A DNA stretch of 64,000 nt, taken from NCBI GenBank assembly GCA_045613205.1, contig JAZLAO010000037.1, forward strand, positions 14,851 through 78,850. The letters are read 5' to 3'. Shown piece by piece: positions 43,806 to 52,886 of this stretch. The notes beneath the pieces are model-generated. The model saw nothing but the letters and a program-made list of their open reading frames with translations, was not told the origin of the DNA and made no database searches. Numbering within the stretch: position 1 is the first letter of the stretch; every line of letters begins with the position of its first letter. This DNA is from Eubacteriales bacterium. Lineage in GTDB: Bacteria; Bacillota; Clostridia; Oscillospirales; CAG-272. The position numbers were made by a program, and so were the translations under genes.

Positions 43806-46208
43806 TTATTGCTTAAACTCAACGACAGTTACGCCTGCGTCACCCTCACCGTAAGCACCGTGACGGTAGCTTTTTATACGCTTGTCGTTCTTAAAATATT
43901 TCCATAATGCAGCGCGGAGCGCACCCGTTCCCTTTCCGTGAATTATACGTACGGACGGAACACCTGCAAGAACCGCATCGTCAAGATATTTGTCAACGAC
44001 AAACCATGCATCGTCTCCTATCATACCGCGAACGTCAACTTCGGAGCGGAACGTAGAAACAATACTTTTTTTCACCTTGCCCTCGGAAACCTTTGGCGGC
44101 TGGCTCTTTATCTTGAATTTTGTTTTTCCGTCAATAAGACGAAGCTTATCCTCAGAAACTTTGGTTTTAAGGATTCCTGCAGTAACGGAGACGAGTCCGT
44201 CTTTGTTTTTGAGTGCGGTAACGACCCCCTCCTGACCGACAGTGACTACGTAAACCTTATCACCGACAACAAGCGGACGAGGAAGCTTATAATCGTCCTC
44301 AATGCTGATTTTATCTAAATCAATTTCGGTGAAAAGTCCCTCGCTTTCACGAAGCCTGCGGCGAACCTCGTCGCGTGCGGCATTCATCATCTCGTAGCGC
44401 TTTTCCTTGTCCTCTTGCTTTCGTATATCCTCTAGCTGACGGAATATAAACTCACTGGACATTCTCGCGCTATCAAGAATCTGCCTTGCTTTTTCTGTAG
44501 ATTTTATTATTTCATCTTCGCTTCTGCGAAGCTTAGCTTCAATTTCCGCTTCGGATTTTCTTTTAAAATTTTCAAGCTCGACACGAAGTCTTTGAGCTAT
44601 ATCGCGTTCTTTTTCAAGCTCGATTCTATTAGTGTCAAGTCTTTCTATTACGTCCTCGAAATTCTTATTTTCGCGGGTTATAAGTTGATTTGCGCGCTCT
44701 ATTACATCCGGAGAAATACCGAGCTTTTCGGATATCGCAAAGGCGTTGGATTTGCCCGGAGTACCCACTATCAAACGGTATGTGGGGCGGAGTGTTTCTA
44801 TATCGAATTCACAGGAAGCATTCTGCACTCTCGGAGTTTCAAGAGCATAGGCTTTAAGCTCTGCGTAATGCGTGGTGGAAGCAGAGAGCGCTCCTGCCCG
44901 CTGTGTTTTTTCAAGTATGGATATTGCCAGCGCCGCGCCTTCTATAGGGTCTGTTCCCGAGCCAAGCTCGTCAAACAGAACCAGTGAATTCGGCCCAACC
45001 TTATTGAGTATATCAACTACGTTTACCATATGCGACGAGAAGGTGGAAAGAGATGCCTCAATGCTCTGCTCATCACCTATATCCACGAGGACGTCCTCAA
45101 AAACTCCGACGACAGAGCTTTCCGATGCCGGAATTTGAAGCCCTGCCTGTGTCATAAGAGCAAGAAGACCCATAGTTTTAAGCGTTACGGTTTTACCGCC
45201 TGTATTAGGTCCGGTTATAACGAGGGTGTCAAAGTCTCCGCCTATAGATACGTCGATTGGAACGACCTTATCCCGAGCTATCAAGGGATGCCTTGCGCGC
45301 TTTAGGTCGAGCTGTCTTTTTTTAACCACCGTAGGCGACTCCGCCTTCATCTGAATTGCAAGAGTAGCCGAGGCAAAAGCAAAGGCAAGCTCGGTTATGT
45401 TATGGTAATTAAGAGATATGATGCTCGAAGCCTCTGCGCATTCTGCCGAAAGAGCTGCAAGTATTCTCTCTATTTCATGCTCCTCTGCGCTTGAAAGGCT
45501 CTTCAACTCGTTATTCGCATCAACGACCGCCATTGGCTCAATGAAAAGGGTTGCACCCGAAGATGAGGTATCGTGAACGAGACCCTTCATTTCGTTTTTA
45601 TATTCAGCCTTTACAGGAACAACGTATCTTCCGTTTCTCATAGTTACTAGGTTTTCCTGAAGATACTTCACTCTCGTTCCGCCGATATAGCTTTGAAGCG
45701 TATCCTTGATTCTATTATTAGCCGCTTTGATTTTTCTTCTTATGTCGGCAAGCTCGGGACTTGCTTCATCTGCAATTAAATCCTCGGATATAATTGCTCT
45801 CGTAATCTTTGTTTCAAGCTCGCGGTTAGGGAGCAGCCTTCTGAAAATCTCGTCAAGCGAGGTGTCAAAAAGCTTGTCGGTATTTATATAATCGAGAATC
45901 ATTCTGGCAGACTTCAAAAGCGCTGCAATATCGAGAAGCTCTCGCGGAGAAAGAACCGCGCCTTTATACGCTCGCTCTGCGGAAGCAACTACGCCCTCCT
46001 CTGCCGCGAAAGCAGGATATCCCTTCGCATTTATAAGCCGCTTTGCGTCCTCGGTTTTTGTCTGACGGCGAACAATAACGTCGTAGTCATCGGTAGGAAC
46101 GAGGGCGCGAGCGCGCGCTTTTGCCCCGTCGGTCATGGCACAGTCAGCAAGCATATTTATAATTTTATCAAATTCAAGTGTTGTAAGCACCTTATTTGTA
46201 AAAAGCAT
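43806..46208 (-). CDS. mutS2: endonuclease MutS2
   Basis: 800 aa. Walker A is GPNTGGKT. Also has DELGSGTDP, a coiled-coil linker, and a C-terminal Smr domain (VDVRGM...IHGKGTGALR). Confidence 0.93.
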   Translation of the reverse strand: MLFTNKVLTTLEFDKIINMLADCAMTDGAKARARALVPTDDYDVIVRRQTKTEDAKRLINAKGYPAFAAEEGVVASAERAYKGAVLSPRELLDIAALLKSARMILDYINTDKLFDTSLDEIFRRLLPNRELETKITRAIISEDLIADEASPELADIRRKIKAANNRIKDTLQSYIGGTRVKYLQENLVTMRNGRYVVPVKAEYKNEMKGLVHDTSSSGATLFIEPMAVVDANNELKSLSSAEEHEIERILAALSAECAEASSIISLNYHNITELAFAFASATLAIQMKAESPTVVKKRQLDLKRARHPLIARDKVVPIDVSIGGDFDTLVITGPNTGGKTVTLKTMGLLALMTQAGLQIPASESSVVGVFEDVLVDIGDEQSIEASLSTFSSHMVNVVDILNKVGPNSLVLFDELGSGTDPIEGAALAISILEKTQRAGALSASTTHYAELKAYALETPRVQNASCEFDIETLRPTYRLIVGTPGKSNAFAISEKLGISPDVIERANQLITRENKNFEDVIERLDTNRIELEKERDIAQRLRVELENFKRKSEAEIEAKLRRSEDEIIKSTEKARQILDSARMSSEFIFRQLEDIRKQEDKEKRYEMMNAARDEVRRRLRESEGLFTEIDLDKISIEDDYKLPRPLVVGDKVYVVTVGQEGVVTALKNKDGLVSVTAGILKTKVSEDKLRLIDGKTKFKIKSQPPKVSEGKVKKSIVSTFRSEVDVRGMIGDDAWFVVDKYLDDAVLAGVPSVRIIHGKGTGALRAALWKYFKNDKRIKSYRHGAYGEGDAGVTVVEFKQ

Positions 46209-46210
46209 TT

Positions 46211-46990
46211 TTACCGTTTTACCTCTTTATAAAATTCAAGTGATTTAAAGCTGCGTCCGAGCTGGTTCAAAAGATATTCCTCGGTAGCCTTTGCGAAAAG
46301 TGCCATATCCTCATCGGATATTTTAAAGGAAAATATTTTTTCAAGCGGTGAATAAATAGAGTAACCGAGTGCTATTTTTGCTCCCTCGCTCAGAATGCAC
46401 ACAGTCTGGCTTTCGTGAGGATTTTCAGGCGCTCTGTGCTCTGCCGCTGCCCTTTCGTGACAGCTGTAGCACTTAAGCGCACCGGCCATTATCTCGAAAA
46501 AGAAATTACCGAGCTTTTCGCCGCACTCGGCACACGCGAGTGCATCGGGCATAAATCCTATTATAGACATTGCCCTTATCTCGAATGCCGCCTTTATCTT
46601 TTCGAGTGAATATTTGTTCTCCGAAATTGCGTAAAGAGAATTAAGCGCAAGTCTTAACAAATCGCGTTCGGGCTCGCTTACGGCAACCTCGTCAAGAACC
46701 TCGGCAATATAAGTGGAGAGCGCCAACCCCTCGATTGTATATCTTACTCCGAAAAAGCTCTCTATGAGAGAGCACTCCTTCACCTGATAATACTCCCCCC
46801 GCTTATAAAGAACAAATGAAGAATAGCAGAACTGAAGCGTTGCCGACATCTGCCGGCTTTTGAGTGACCTTGCCCCTCTTGCAAGCGCAGTGATAACGCC
46901 AATCTCTTCGGTGAATATGGTCACAAGCCTGTCCGCTTCTCTTATATCTGTAGTCCTTATTACAAGTCCCTTTACTTCTGTGGTTATCAT
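46211..46990 (-). CDS. recO: DNA repair protein RecO
   Basis: 259 aa. An N-terminal OB fold (GLVIRTTDIREADRLVTIFT) and a Cys4 zinc motif (CAECGE...CYSCH). Located downstream of era. Confidence 0.88.
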   Translation of the reverse strand: MITTEVKGLVIRTTDIREADRLVTIFTEEIGVITALARGARSLKSRQMSATLQFCYSSFVLYKRGEYYQVKECSLIESFFGVRYTIEGLALSTYIAEVLDEVAVSEPERDLLRLALNSLYAISENKYSLEKIKAAFEIRAMSIIGFMPDALACAECGEKLGNFFFEIMAGALKCYSCHERAAAEHRAPENPHESQTVCILSEGAKIALGYSIYSPLEKIFSFKISDEDMALFAKATEEYLLNQLGRSFKSLEFYKEVKR

Positions 46991-47877
46991 ATATCTTCTT
47001 GTCTGTATCCGAGATTAGATATATTAAAATCGCTATCGCGCCAGTTCTCCTTGACTCTTACGTAAAGGTCGAGAAAAACACGTGTATCGAGCATTTTTTC
47101 TATATCTTCTCTGGCGTACGTTCCGATTTTTTTAATAGTTGCGGCATGCTTGCCTATGATAATTCCCTTGTGAGATGCTTTTTCGCAATAAATTTCAGCT
47201 CTTATGGAAACAACGTCACGCTTCTCTTTCCATTCCTCAATAGCAACGGCAGTTCCGTGAGGTATTTCCTCATCAAGCGTGCGAAGCAGCTTTTCACGTA
47301 TGATTTCCGCGGCAATCTGACGCTCAGGCTGGTCGGTTACCATATCCTCCGAGAACATCCATTCGCCCTCGTAAAGAAATTTTCTGCATTCATCAACGAC
47401 TATATCAACGCCCTTGCCATTCTTTGCCGAAATAGGCACTACTGCAGAGAAATCGAACGAATCTGCATACGCAGCAATGGTTTTTGCAATATTTGCGGGC
47501 TGTACCGAATCCACCTTGTTGATAACGAGTATAGCCGGAATTCCGTCGCTTTTTATGCGCTCAAGCACCTTTGCCTCAATATCTCCGACCGCTTCGCGCG
47601 CCTCAACCACGAGAATTACCCCGTCAACACCGCCAAGAGTTTCAGAGGTGGTTTTTACCATAAAATCTCCAAGCTTTGTTCTCGGCTTATGTATTCCGGG
47701 AGTGTCGAGAAATACAAACTGTTCTTCACCCACAGTGTGAATGCCCGTTATTCTGTTTCTCATAGTTTGCGGTTTCTTTGATACTATCGCAACCTTCTCC
47801 CCAAGAATTGAATTAAGAAGAGTTGATTTACCTACGTTAGGTCTTCCTACTATTGCTATAAATCCGGTTTTCTTCAA
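46987..47877 (-). CDS. era: GTPase Era
   Basis: GRPNVGKSTL, DTPG, NKVD, and a C-terminal KH domain. Confidence 0.95.
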   Translation of the reverse strand: MKKTGFIAIVGRPNVGKSTLLNSILGEKVAIVSKKPQTMRNRITGIHTVGEEQFVFLDTPGIHKPRTKLGDFMVKTTSETLGGVDGVILVVEAREAVGDIEAKVLERIKSDGIPAILVINKVDSVQPANIAKTIAAYADSFDFSAVVPISAKNGKGVDIVVDECRKFLYEGEWMFSEDMVTDQPERQIAAEIIREKLLRTLDEEIPHGTAVAIEEWKEKRDVVSIRAEIYCEKASHKGIIIGKHAATIKKIGTYAREDIEKMLDTRVFLDLYVRVKENWRDSDFNISNLGYRQEDI

Positions 47878-47913
47878 AATATTCTCCGTTTCTCCGACTT
47901 GGTCGAATGTAAA

Positions 47914-48390
47914 TTAAATTTCTACGCTGTTGATTATTTCATTCTGCTTTTTGCACTGAAGCTCATCGTCCTCGGCACTTCTTTCATGGTCATATCCGAG
48001 AAGATGGAGGGTTGAATGTACCGTAAGAAAGGCGACCTCGCGGAGAAAGGAATTCCCTATTTCCTTAGCCTGCTCCGCTGCCCTCTCAAGCGATATAACT
48101 ATATCACCGAGAATCGCACCTGATATGCATTCGCCCATATCAAATTCTCCCCCGTCATATATGGGAAAAGAGAGCACATCTGTATGCTTGTCCTTGTTTC
48201 TGTATTGCTTATTAAGCTTTCGTATATAGGCATTATCGCATAGAGTTACCGACACCTCGGCATCGTACGGAAATTTCTCATATTCGAGAGTTTCCGTAAC
48301 CGCCCGTCTTATAACCGTTTTAAGATAGTAATCAACCTTTTCGAATTTCTCTGTTGCTGCAAAGCGTATCATTACTTTTCTCTTAGTCAT
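47914..48390 (-). CDS. ybeY: rRNA maturation RNase YbeY
   Basis: The zinc motif is HSTLHLLGYDH. Confidence 0.92.
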   Translation of the reverse strand: MTKRKVMIRFAATEKFEKVDYYLKTVIRRAVTETLEYEKFPYDAEVSVTLCDNAYIRKLNKQYRNKDKHTDVLSFPIYDGGEFDMGECISGAILGDIVISLERAAEQAKEIGNSFLREVAFLTVHSTLHLLGYDHERSAEDDELQCKKQNEIINSVEI

Positions 48391-49403
48391 TTCTTGAAAT
48401 CCTTCTTTTCTTCTGCATGGTATTTCTTTACTGCCGCATCGCGCTCATATTTATCGTAAGCCGATATTATTTTACGAACCAGACTGTGACGCACGACGTC
48501 CCTCTCGGAGAATTCAAATATTCCGATTCCCTCTATTCCTCGAAGAATACGTGAAGCTATTGAAAGTCCGCTTTTCTTTCCGAACGGAAGGTCGGTTTGC
48601 GAAAGGTCGCCCGTGACAACCGCCTTTGAATTGTAACCGAGACGGGTCAAAAACATTTTCATCTGCTCCGGTGTGGTATTCTGCGCTTCGTCAAGTATAA
48701 TAAACGAATCGTCAAGCGTTCTTCCGCGCATATAAGCAAGCGGAGCAATTTCAATAGTTCCCCTCTCCATATGCCGCTGATAGTTTTCAGGGCCCAGCAT
48801 TTCAAAAAGCGCATCGTACAAGGGACGGAGATATGGGTCGATTTTACTTTGCAAATCCCCCGGCAAAAATCCAAGACGCTCACCTGCTTCAACCGCAGGG
48901 CGCGTAAGTATAATGCGGGACACCTCTTTGTTGCGCAAGGCTTCGGTTGCCATCGCAACCGCAAGGAAGGTTTTTCCCGTACCTGCAGGACCGAGACCCA
49001 GAACAATAGTATTGTCTTTTATAGTTTTTACGTATTTTTTCTGTCCGACGGTTTTCGCCTTTATCGGCTTTCCGCGGTTTGTGATACATATAACGTCACC
49101 GAAGCTTTCGTTAACCTCGTCGAGATTATCTCTGACGAGTCCTATGACGTATTCTACACTCTGCTCGCTTATGGTTTCGCCTTCTCCAACCATATGCTTT
49201 AAATATTCAAGCGCACGAGATGCCAAATCAACCGACTCCGCGTTTCCGCTCACAACTATTGCGTCACCGTCACCCGATTCCTTGTTCCTGTTTGAGATTC
49301 TTACGTTAAATGCATTTTCTATCATTCTGGCATTCATATCAAACGTTCCAAACAAAGCCGATGTGGATTCATTTGATTTCGTCATTACAATTTTTTCGGT
49401 CAT
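48387..49403 (-). CDS. phoH: PhoH-like ATPase
   Basis: GPAGTGKTFLAV and FIILDEAQN. Overlaps ybeY by 4 nt. Confidence 0.92.
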   Translation of the reverse strand: MTEKIVMTKSNESTSALFGTFDMNARMIENAFNVRISNRNKESGDGDAIVVSGNAESVDLASRALEYLKHMVGEGETISEQSVEYVIGLVRDNLDEVNESFGDVICITNRGKPIKAKTVGQKKYVKTIKDNTIVLGLGPAGTGKTFLAVAMATEALRNKEVSRIILTRPAVEAGERLGFLPGDLQSKIDPYLRPLYDALFEMLGPENYQRHMERGTIEIAPLAYMRGRTLDDSFIILDEAQNTTPEQMKMFLTRLGYNSKAVVTGDLSQTDLPFGKKSGLSIASRILRGIEGIGIFEFSERDVVRHSLVRKIISAYDKYERDAAVKKYHAEEKKDFKK

Positions 49404-49424
49404 ATTTTTTCCTTTTCTTGAGCA

Positions 49425-50582
49425 TTATTCGCTAACCTTAAAGGGCAAATCGGCGCCTATCTCTTCAAGGCAGACGAAATTCGATATCATATTGTACGCT
49501 GATTCTGAAAAACTGCCGTCGGTGCTTATTCTGACAAGTGTTGCACCCAAAAGCCTTTCGTTAAGCGCATCACTCATTTTTTGCATTGCCTCTGCCGTCA
49601 TTTCCTCAGCGGTGAGCTTTATATCTTTGACCTCATACGGAACAGCGTAGCTTTTGTATAGGGTTATAGGAAAATCCTTTTTAAACAGCGTAAGTTTATC
49701 TTTTTTATCTATTATATCACATTCTGAGTTGATTTTCTTGTTTATTTCAAAAATTTTTATAGAAAAACCAAATATTTTTACAGAAAATGAGGAAATTTCA
49801 GCTTTCTTCTCCTCTTTAATCTCTCTCGTATCGGAAACGGTAACATCAACCGAATCCGAAATTCTACCTATAACAACCCCCTCGGCATAGCAAAATCCTC
49901 CGCCGAGCTCACTCGGTATTATCCCCGATATTAAAAGGTCTCCCTTTTTAACACTGTCGCCCGGCTTCACCATGGCTGTGCCTCTCATAACGGTTATTTC
50001 CTCAATTACCGCATCTGAAGAAGCTACAACGTTTGAAAAACCCTCTTTTTTGGGTGGCTCTTCGTGCGACACTCTCTCGATGAAGGAAACGTATGCAACC
50101 GTGCCGCGCCTGTTAATGTTAATCCATGACACATGCTCCGAGCTTGAAAGCATATCTACCTCAATTCGTGAAAGGTCTGCCTCTGACCACTTGGACCCTA
50201 CAGAAAATCCACAGTCGAGAAGCTCGTCTTCTATTTTCGCGGCAAGCTCACTTTCACATCCTTCAATTCTGACATCCCACACTCTGTCTGAGGAAAAAAG
50301 AAGAATGGCGAAGGTCAGAAGTGTTGCAAAAAAAATACCGTACCTTTTTCTGTTTCCGTGAAGAAACCCCAACAAACCGAGCATATCAGTTTTGGAATAA
50401 TTGACCCGAGAAGACAATACTCTTTCTATCCTACGCACTTTTCGTTCCGGCACAGCAAAGCGGTTTCCCTTAAAGCGCACGCTTATCCCGTTTTTCAAAA
50501 ATATATCCGCTGCTTTGCCAACATCCTCAGCAGCAAAGCTGAAAAACCTATAGCCGAATATCAGATAATCTATACGCATCAT
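49425..50582 (-). CDS. yqfD: sporulation protein YqfD
   Basis: 385 aa with a single TM segment. It sits between yqfC and phoH, as in Bacillus and Clostridium sporulation loci. Confidence 0.8.
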   Translation of the reverse strand: MMRIDYLIFGYRFFSFAAEDVGKAADIFLKNGISVRFKGNRFAVPERKVRRIERVLSSRVNYSKTDMLGLLGFLHGNRKRYGIFFATLLTFAILLFSSDRVWDVRIEGCESELAAKIEDELLDCGFSVGSKWSEADLSRIEVDMLSSSEHVSWININRRGTVAYVSFIERVSHEEPPKKEGFSNVVASSDAVIEEITVMRGTAMVKPGDSVKKGDLLISGIIPSELGGGFCYAEGVVIGRISDSVDVTVSDTREIKEEKKAEISSFSVKIFGFSIKIFEINKKINSECDIIDKKDKLTLFKKDFPITLYKSYAVPYEVKDIKLTAEEMTAEAMQKMSDALNERLLGATLVRISTDGSFSESAYNMISNFVCLEEIGADLPFKVSE

Positions 50583-50851
50583 AAAAACTCAACCGCTCCA
50601 ACCTTTCCGTAGATTTCAACAGTTCGGTTTTCATAAACTGCTACCGAAAGTCCCACACCCGTTATTCTGATTTTTCCGCGCCTCATTTTCATTATAGCAG
50701 CAGTTTCGTTAAAATCAACTATTGACAAAACCCCCATTATGCTGACCGACACCCCGCTTGGAAGTCTATCGGCTTCTATATGAAAATATAGAGGCAGGCT
50801 CTCGCGCCTCTCTGCTGTTTTTTCGTTCGTATTTTTCTGCTGACCGCGCAT
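50579..50851 (-). CDS. yqfC: YabP/YqfC-family sporulation protein
   Basis: 90 aa with the beta-rich YabP-like repeat (IMGVLSIVDFNETAAIMKMRRGKIRITGVGLSV). Overlaps yqfD by 4 nt. Confidence 0.75.
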   Translation of the reverse strand: MRGQQKNTNEKTAERRESLPLYFHIEADRLPSGVSVSIMGVLSIVDFNETAAIMKMRRGKIRITGVGLSVAVYENRTVEIYGKVGAVEFL

Positions 50852-50914
50852 TATAAAGTGATTCCTCTCATAAATCTGTAATACAGTATAAATGTATGCG
50901 AGAGGATTTTTAAA

Positions 50915-51856
50915 ATGACAAAAGCCAATATCGGTACAAAAAACAAAAAATACTTAAATGCGTCCTTAAATCTGATTTTGCTTTCTCTGACAATTCTTTT
51001 TTCCGTGACACTGTCACCTAAAATCAGCATATACGTAAAAGAAGGTCTTACCCTATGCTTCGAAGCAATAATTGGGTCGGTTTTTCCTTTTATGATTATT
51101 ACGGATGCAGTTTTGGAAATATTAAATTTTGAAGACTCACACAGATTAAAGGGACTTTTCGAACGCCTTTTTAAAATAAACGGCCGGGCGGTTTCAGCAT
51201 TTATACTTGGCGCTATCTGTGGTTTCCCTGTAGGAATAAAGCTTGCCGCTGATATGTACAGAAGAGGAGTTATAACAAAAGACGAGTGTGAAAGACTTAT
51301 TGGCATTTGTGGAAATATGGGGCCGGCATTTATAATTTCGGGAGTCGGAGCAGCACTGTGCGGCAGTATTGGAATAGGACTGGTTTTTTATGCCGTAACA
51401 GTTGTTTCCGGTGCAATATCCGGAATGATTTCAGGATTTCAAAAGACACCAAGCGACACTCCATACAGTAAGGTAAATGCTGTTTTCTCACTCACCGATT
51501 CTATAAAGAGCGCAACGAAAAACACCTTGAGCATCTGCGGATTCATTATCTTCTTTTCGGTCGTTTGCGGGGTGCTTTCAATACTTATAAAAGACGATTT
51601 TATATATACACTTATTCTTCCGTTGTTTGAAATAAGCAACGCCACAAAAAGTATTTCTGCCTCGAATTTTATTCCGCAAGACGTAAAATTCATTCTTATA
51701 TCATTTTCAACCTCTTTTTCGGGATTATCTATTTATATGCAAACAAAAAGCTTTTTTCAGAGAGGTGAAATTTCAATGAAGCCATACCTGAAAACAAAGC
51801 TTTTATCGGGTTCTATATCAGCATTAATTATGGCTATAATTATTTTTATTACGTAA
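50915..51856 (+). CDS. nucleoside-recognition (Gate) domain membrane protein, YlbJ-like sporulation protein
   Basis: 313 aa, polytopic. SVFPFMIITD and GFPVGIKLAADMYRRGVITKDECERL resemble YlbJ. Confidence 0.6.
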   Translation: MTKANIGTKNKKYLNASLNLILLSLTILFSVTLSPKISIYVKEGLTLCFEAIIGSVFPFMIITDAVLEILNFEDSHRLKGLFERLFKINGRAVSAFILGAICGFPVGIKLAADMYRRGVITKDECERLIGICGNMGPAFIISGVGAALCGSIGIGLVFYAVTVVSGAISGMISGFQKTPSDTPYSKVNAVFSLTDSIKSATKNTLSICGFIIFFSVVCGVLSILIKDDFIYTLILPLFEISNATKSISASNFIPQDVKFILISFSTSFSGLSIYMQTKSFFQRGEISMKPYLKTKLLSGSISALIMAIIIFIT

Positions 51857-51904
51857 AAAATCCGCAACACAAAGGTTGCGGATTTTTTACTGCTTTATTA
51901 TTCA

Positions 51905-52663
51905 TTAAAGAAGAGATGAGCTATCCTTATCAAGATAAAGAATTGCGTTATCCTGAGTTCTGAGTATACTTGCCGGACAGTGCTCGTCAATGGCACCGGT
52001 CAAGGTTTCCTTAACCGCCCACGCCTTAGTAGGTGCGGGAACTATGCAGAAGAGATTAGGAGCCTTAACAAGCGCAGGCACTGTAAGAGTAAGCGCGTGA
52101 GTAGGAACGTCATCAATCTTCGCGAAGCATCCGTCGTTAACCTGCTGGTTACGGCATATCTCGTCGAGCTTAACCGGCTTTACAAGAACCTTGTCATTGA
52201 AGTCTGCAACAGGCGGATCATTGAATGCTATATGTCCGTTTTCACCGATACCCATAATGACTACGTCGGTGGGATTCTCAGCAAGAATCTTTGCGTAACG
52301 TGCAGCTTCTGCTTCGGGGTCCTTTGCGGTGCAATCAATGTAGTTTACACTCTTGAACGGAGCGAGACCGAAGATGTGGTCACGAAGAAAGTTTCCAAAG
52401 CCCTGAGGAGCATCCTTATCAAGTCCGATATATTCGTCCATGTGGTAAGCGTTAATTCTTCCCCACTCGATATCCTTATCCTCCGCCAAGGATTTAAGAA
52501 CGTCATTCTGCGAAGGAGCTGCCGCGAAGATTACGTTAATTTCATCCTTCTGTGCAAGAAGCTCACAAAACTTATTCTTAATGTCAGTAGCTGCAACCGC
52601 ACCCATTTCGGTACGGGTTTCAAATATTTTTACGTTTAATTTATCAACTTTTAACTGTTTCAT
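51905..52663 (-). CDS. nagB: glucosamine-6-phosphate deaminase family protein
   Basis: MGIGENGHIAFNDP and AYHMDEY. The start is set at MKQLKV, which has a GAGGTG RBS. Confidence 0.75.
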   Translation of the reverse strand: MKQLKVDKLNVKIFETRTEMGAVAATDIKNKFCELLAQKDEINVIFAAAPSQNDVLKSLAEDKDIEWGRINAYHMDEYIGLDKDAPQGFGNFLRDHIFGLAPFKSVNYIDCTAKDPEAEAARYAKILAENPTDVVIMGIGENGHIAFNDPPVADFNDKVLVKPVKLDEICRNQQVNDGCFAKIDDVPTHALTLTVPALVKAPNLFCIVPAPTKAWAVKETLTGAIDEHCPASILRTQDNAILYLDKDSSSLL

Positions 52664-52680
52664 AGTGCACCTCAAAAATT

Positions 52681-52866
52681 TTAACTGAAAGGCCAAGGAA
52701 TAATAGGACCTGACACCCCTTTGTCCGGGTCTATAACTACTCCTGACGAGCCACCGTTATTACCGTTATCCTTGTTATCACCTTCATCTTCTTTACCGCA
52801 AGAAGCCAGCAACACAAGAGAAAGCATCATAAGCAAGATAATGATTGCTTTGGAAAATCCTTTCAT
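52681..52866 (-). CDS. small secreted lipoprotein (61 aa)
   Basis: The signal peptide carries the lipobox LLASC. The mature 37 aa are Gly/Asn/Asp-rich and end in PIIPWPFS. Confidence 0.55.
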   Translation of the reverse strand: MKGFSKAIIILLMMLSLVLLASCGKEDEGDNKDNGNNGGSSGVVIDPDKGVSGPIIPWPFS

Positions 52867-52886
52867 TTCCCTTTTCCTTTCTGAAA

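Noticed and set aside
50851-51306. A 151-aa minus-strand ORF overlapping the start of the ylbJ-like gene
   Set aside because: It is antisense to a convincing polytopic membrane protein ORF. It has no RBS, and it would have to read through the divergent promoter region.
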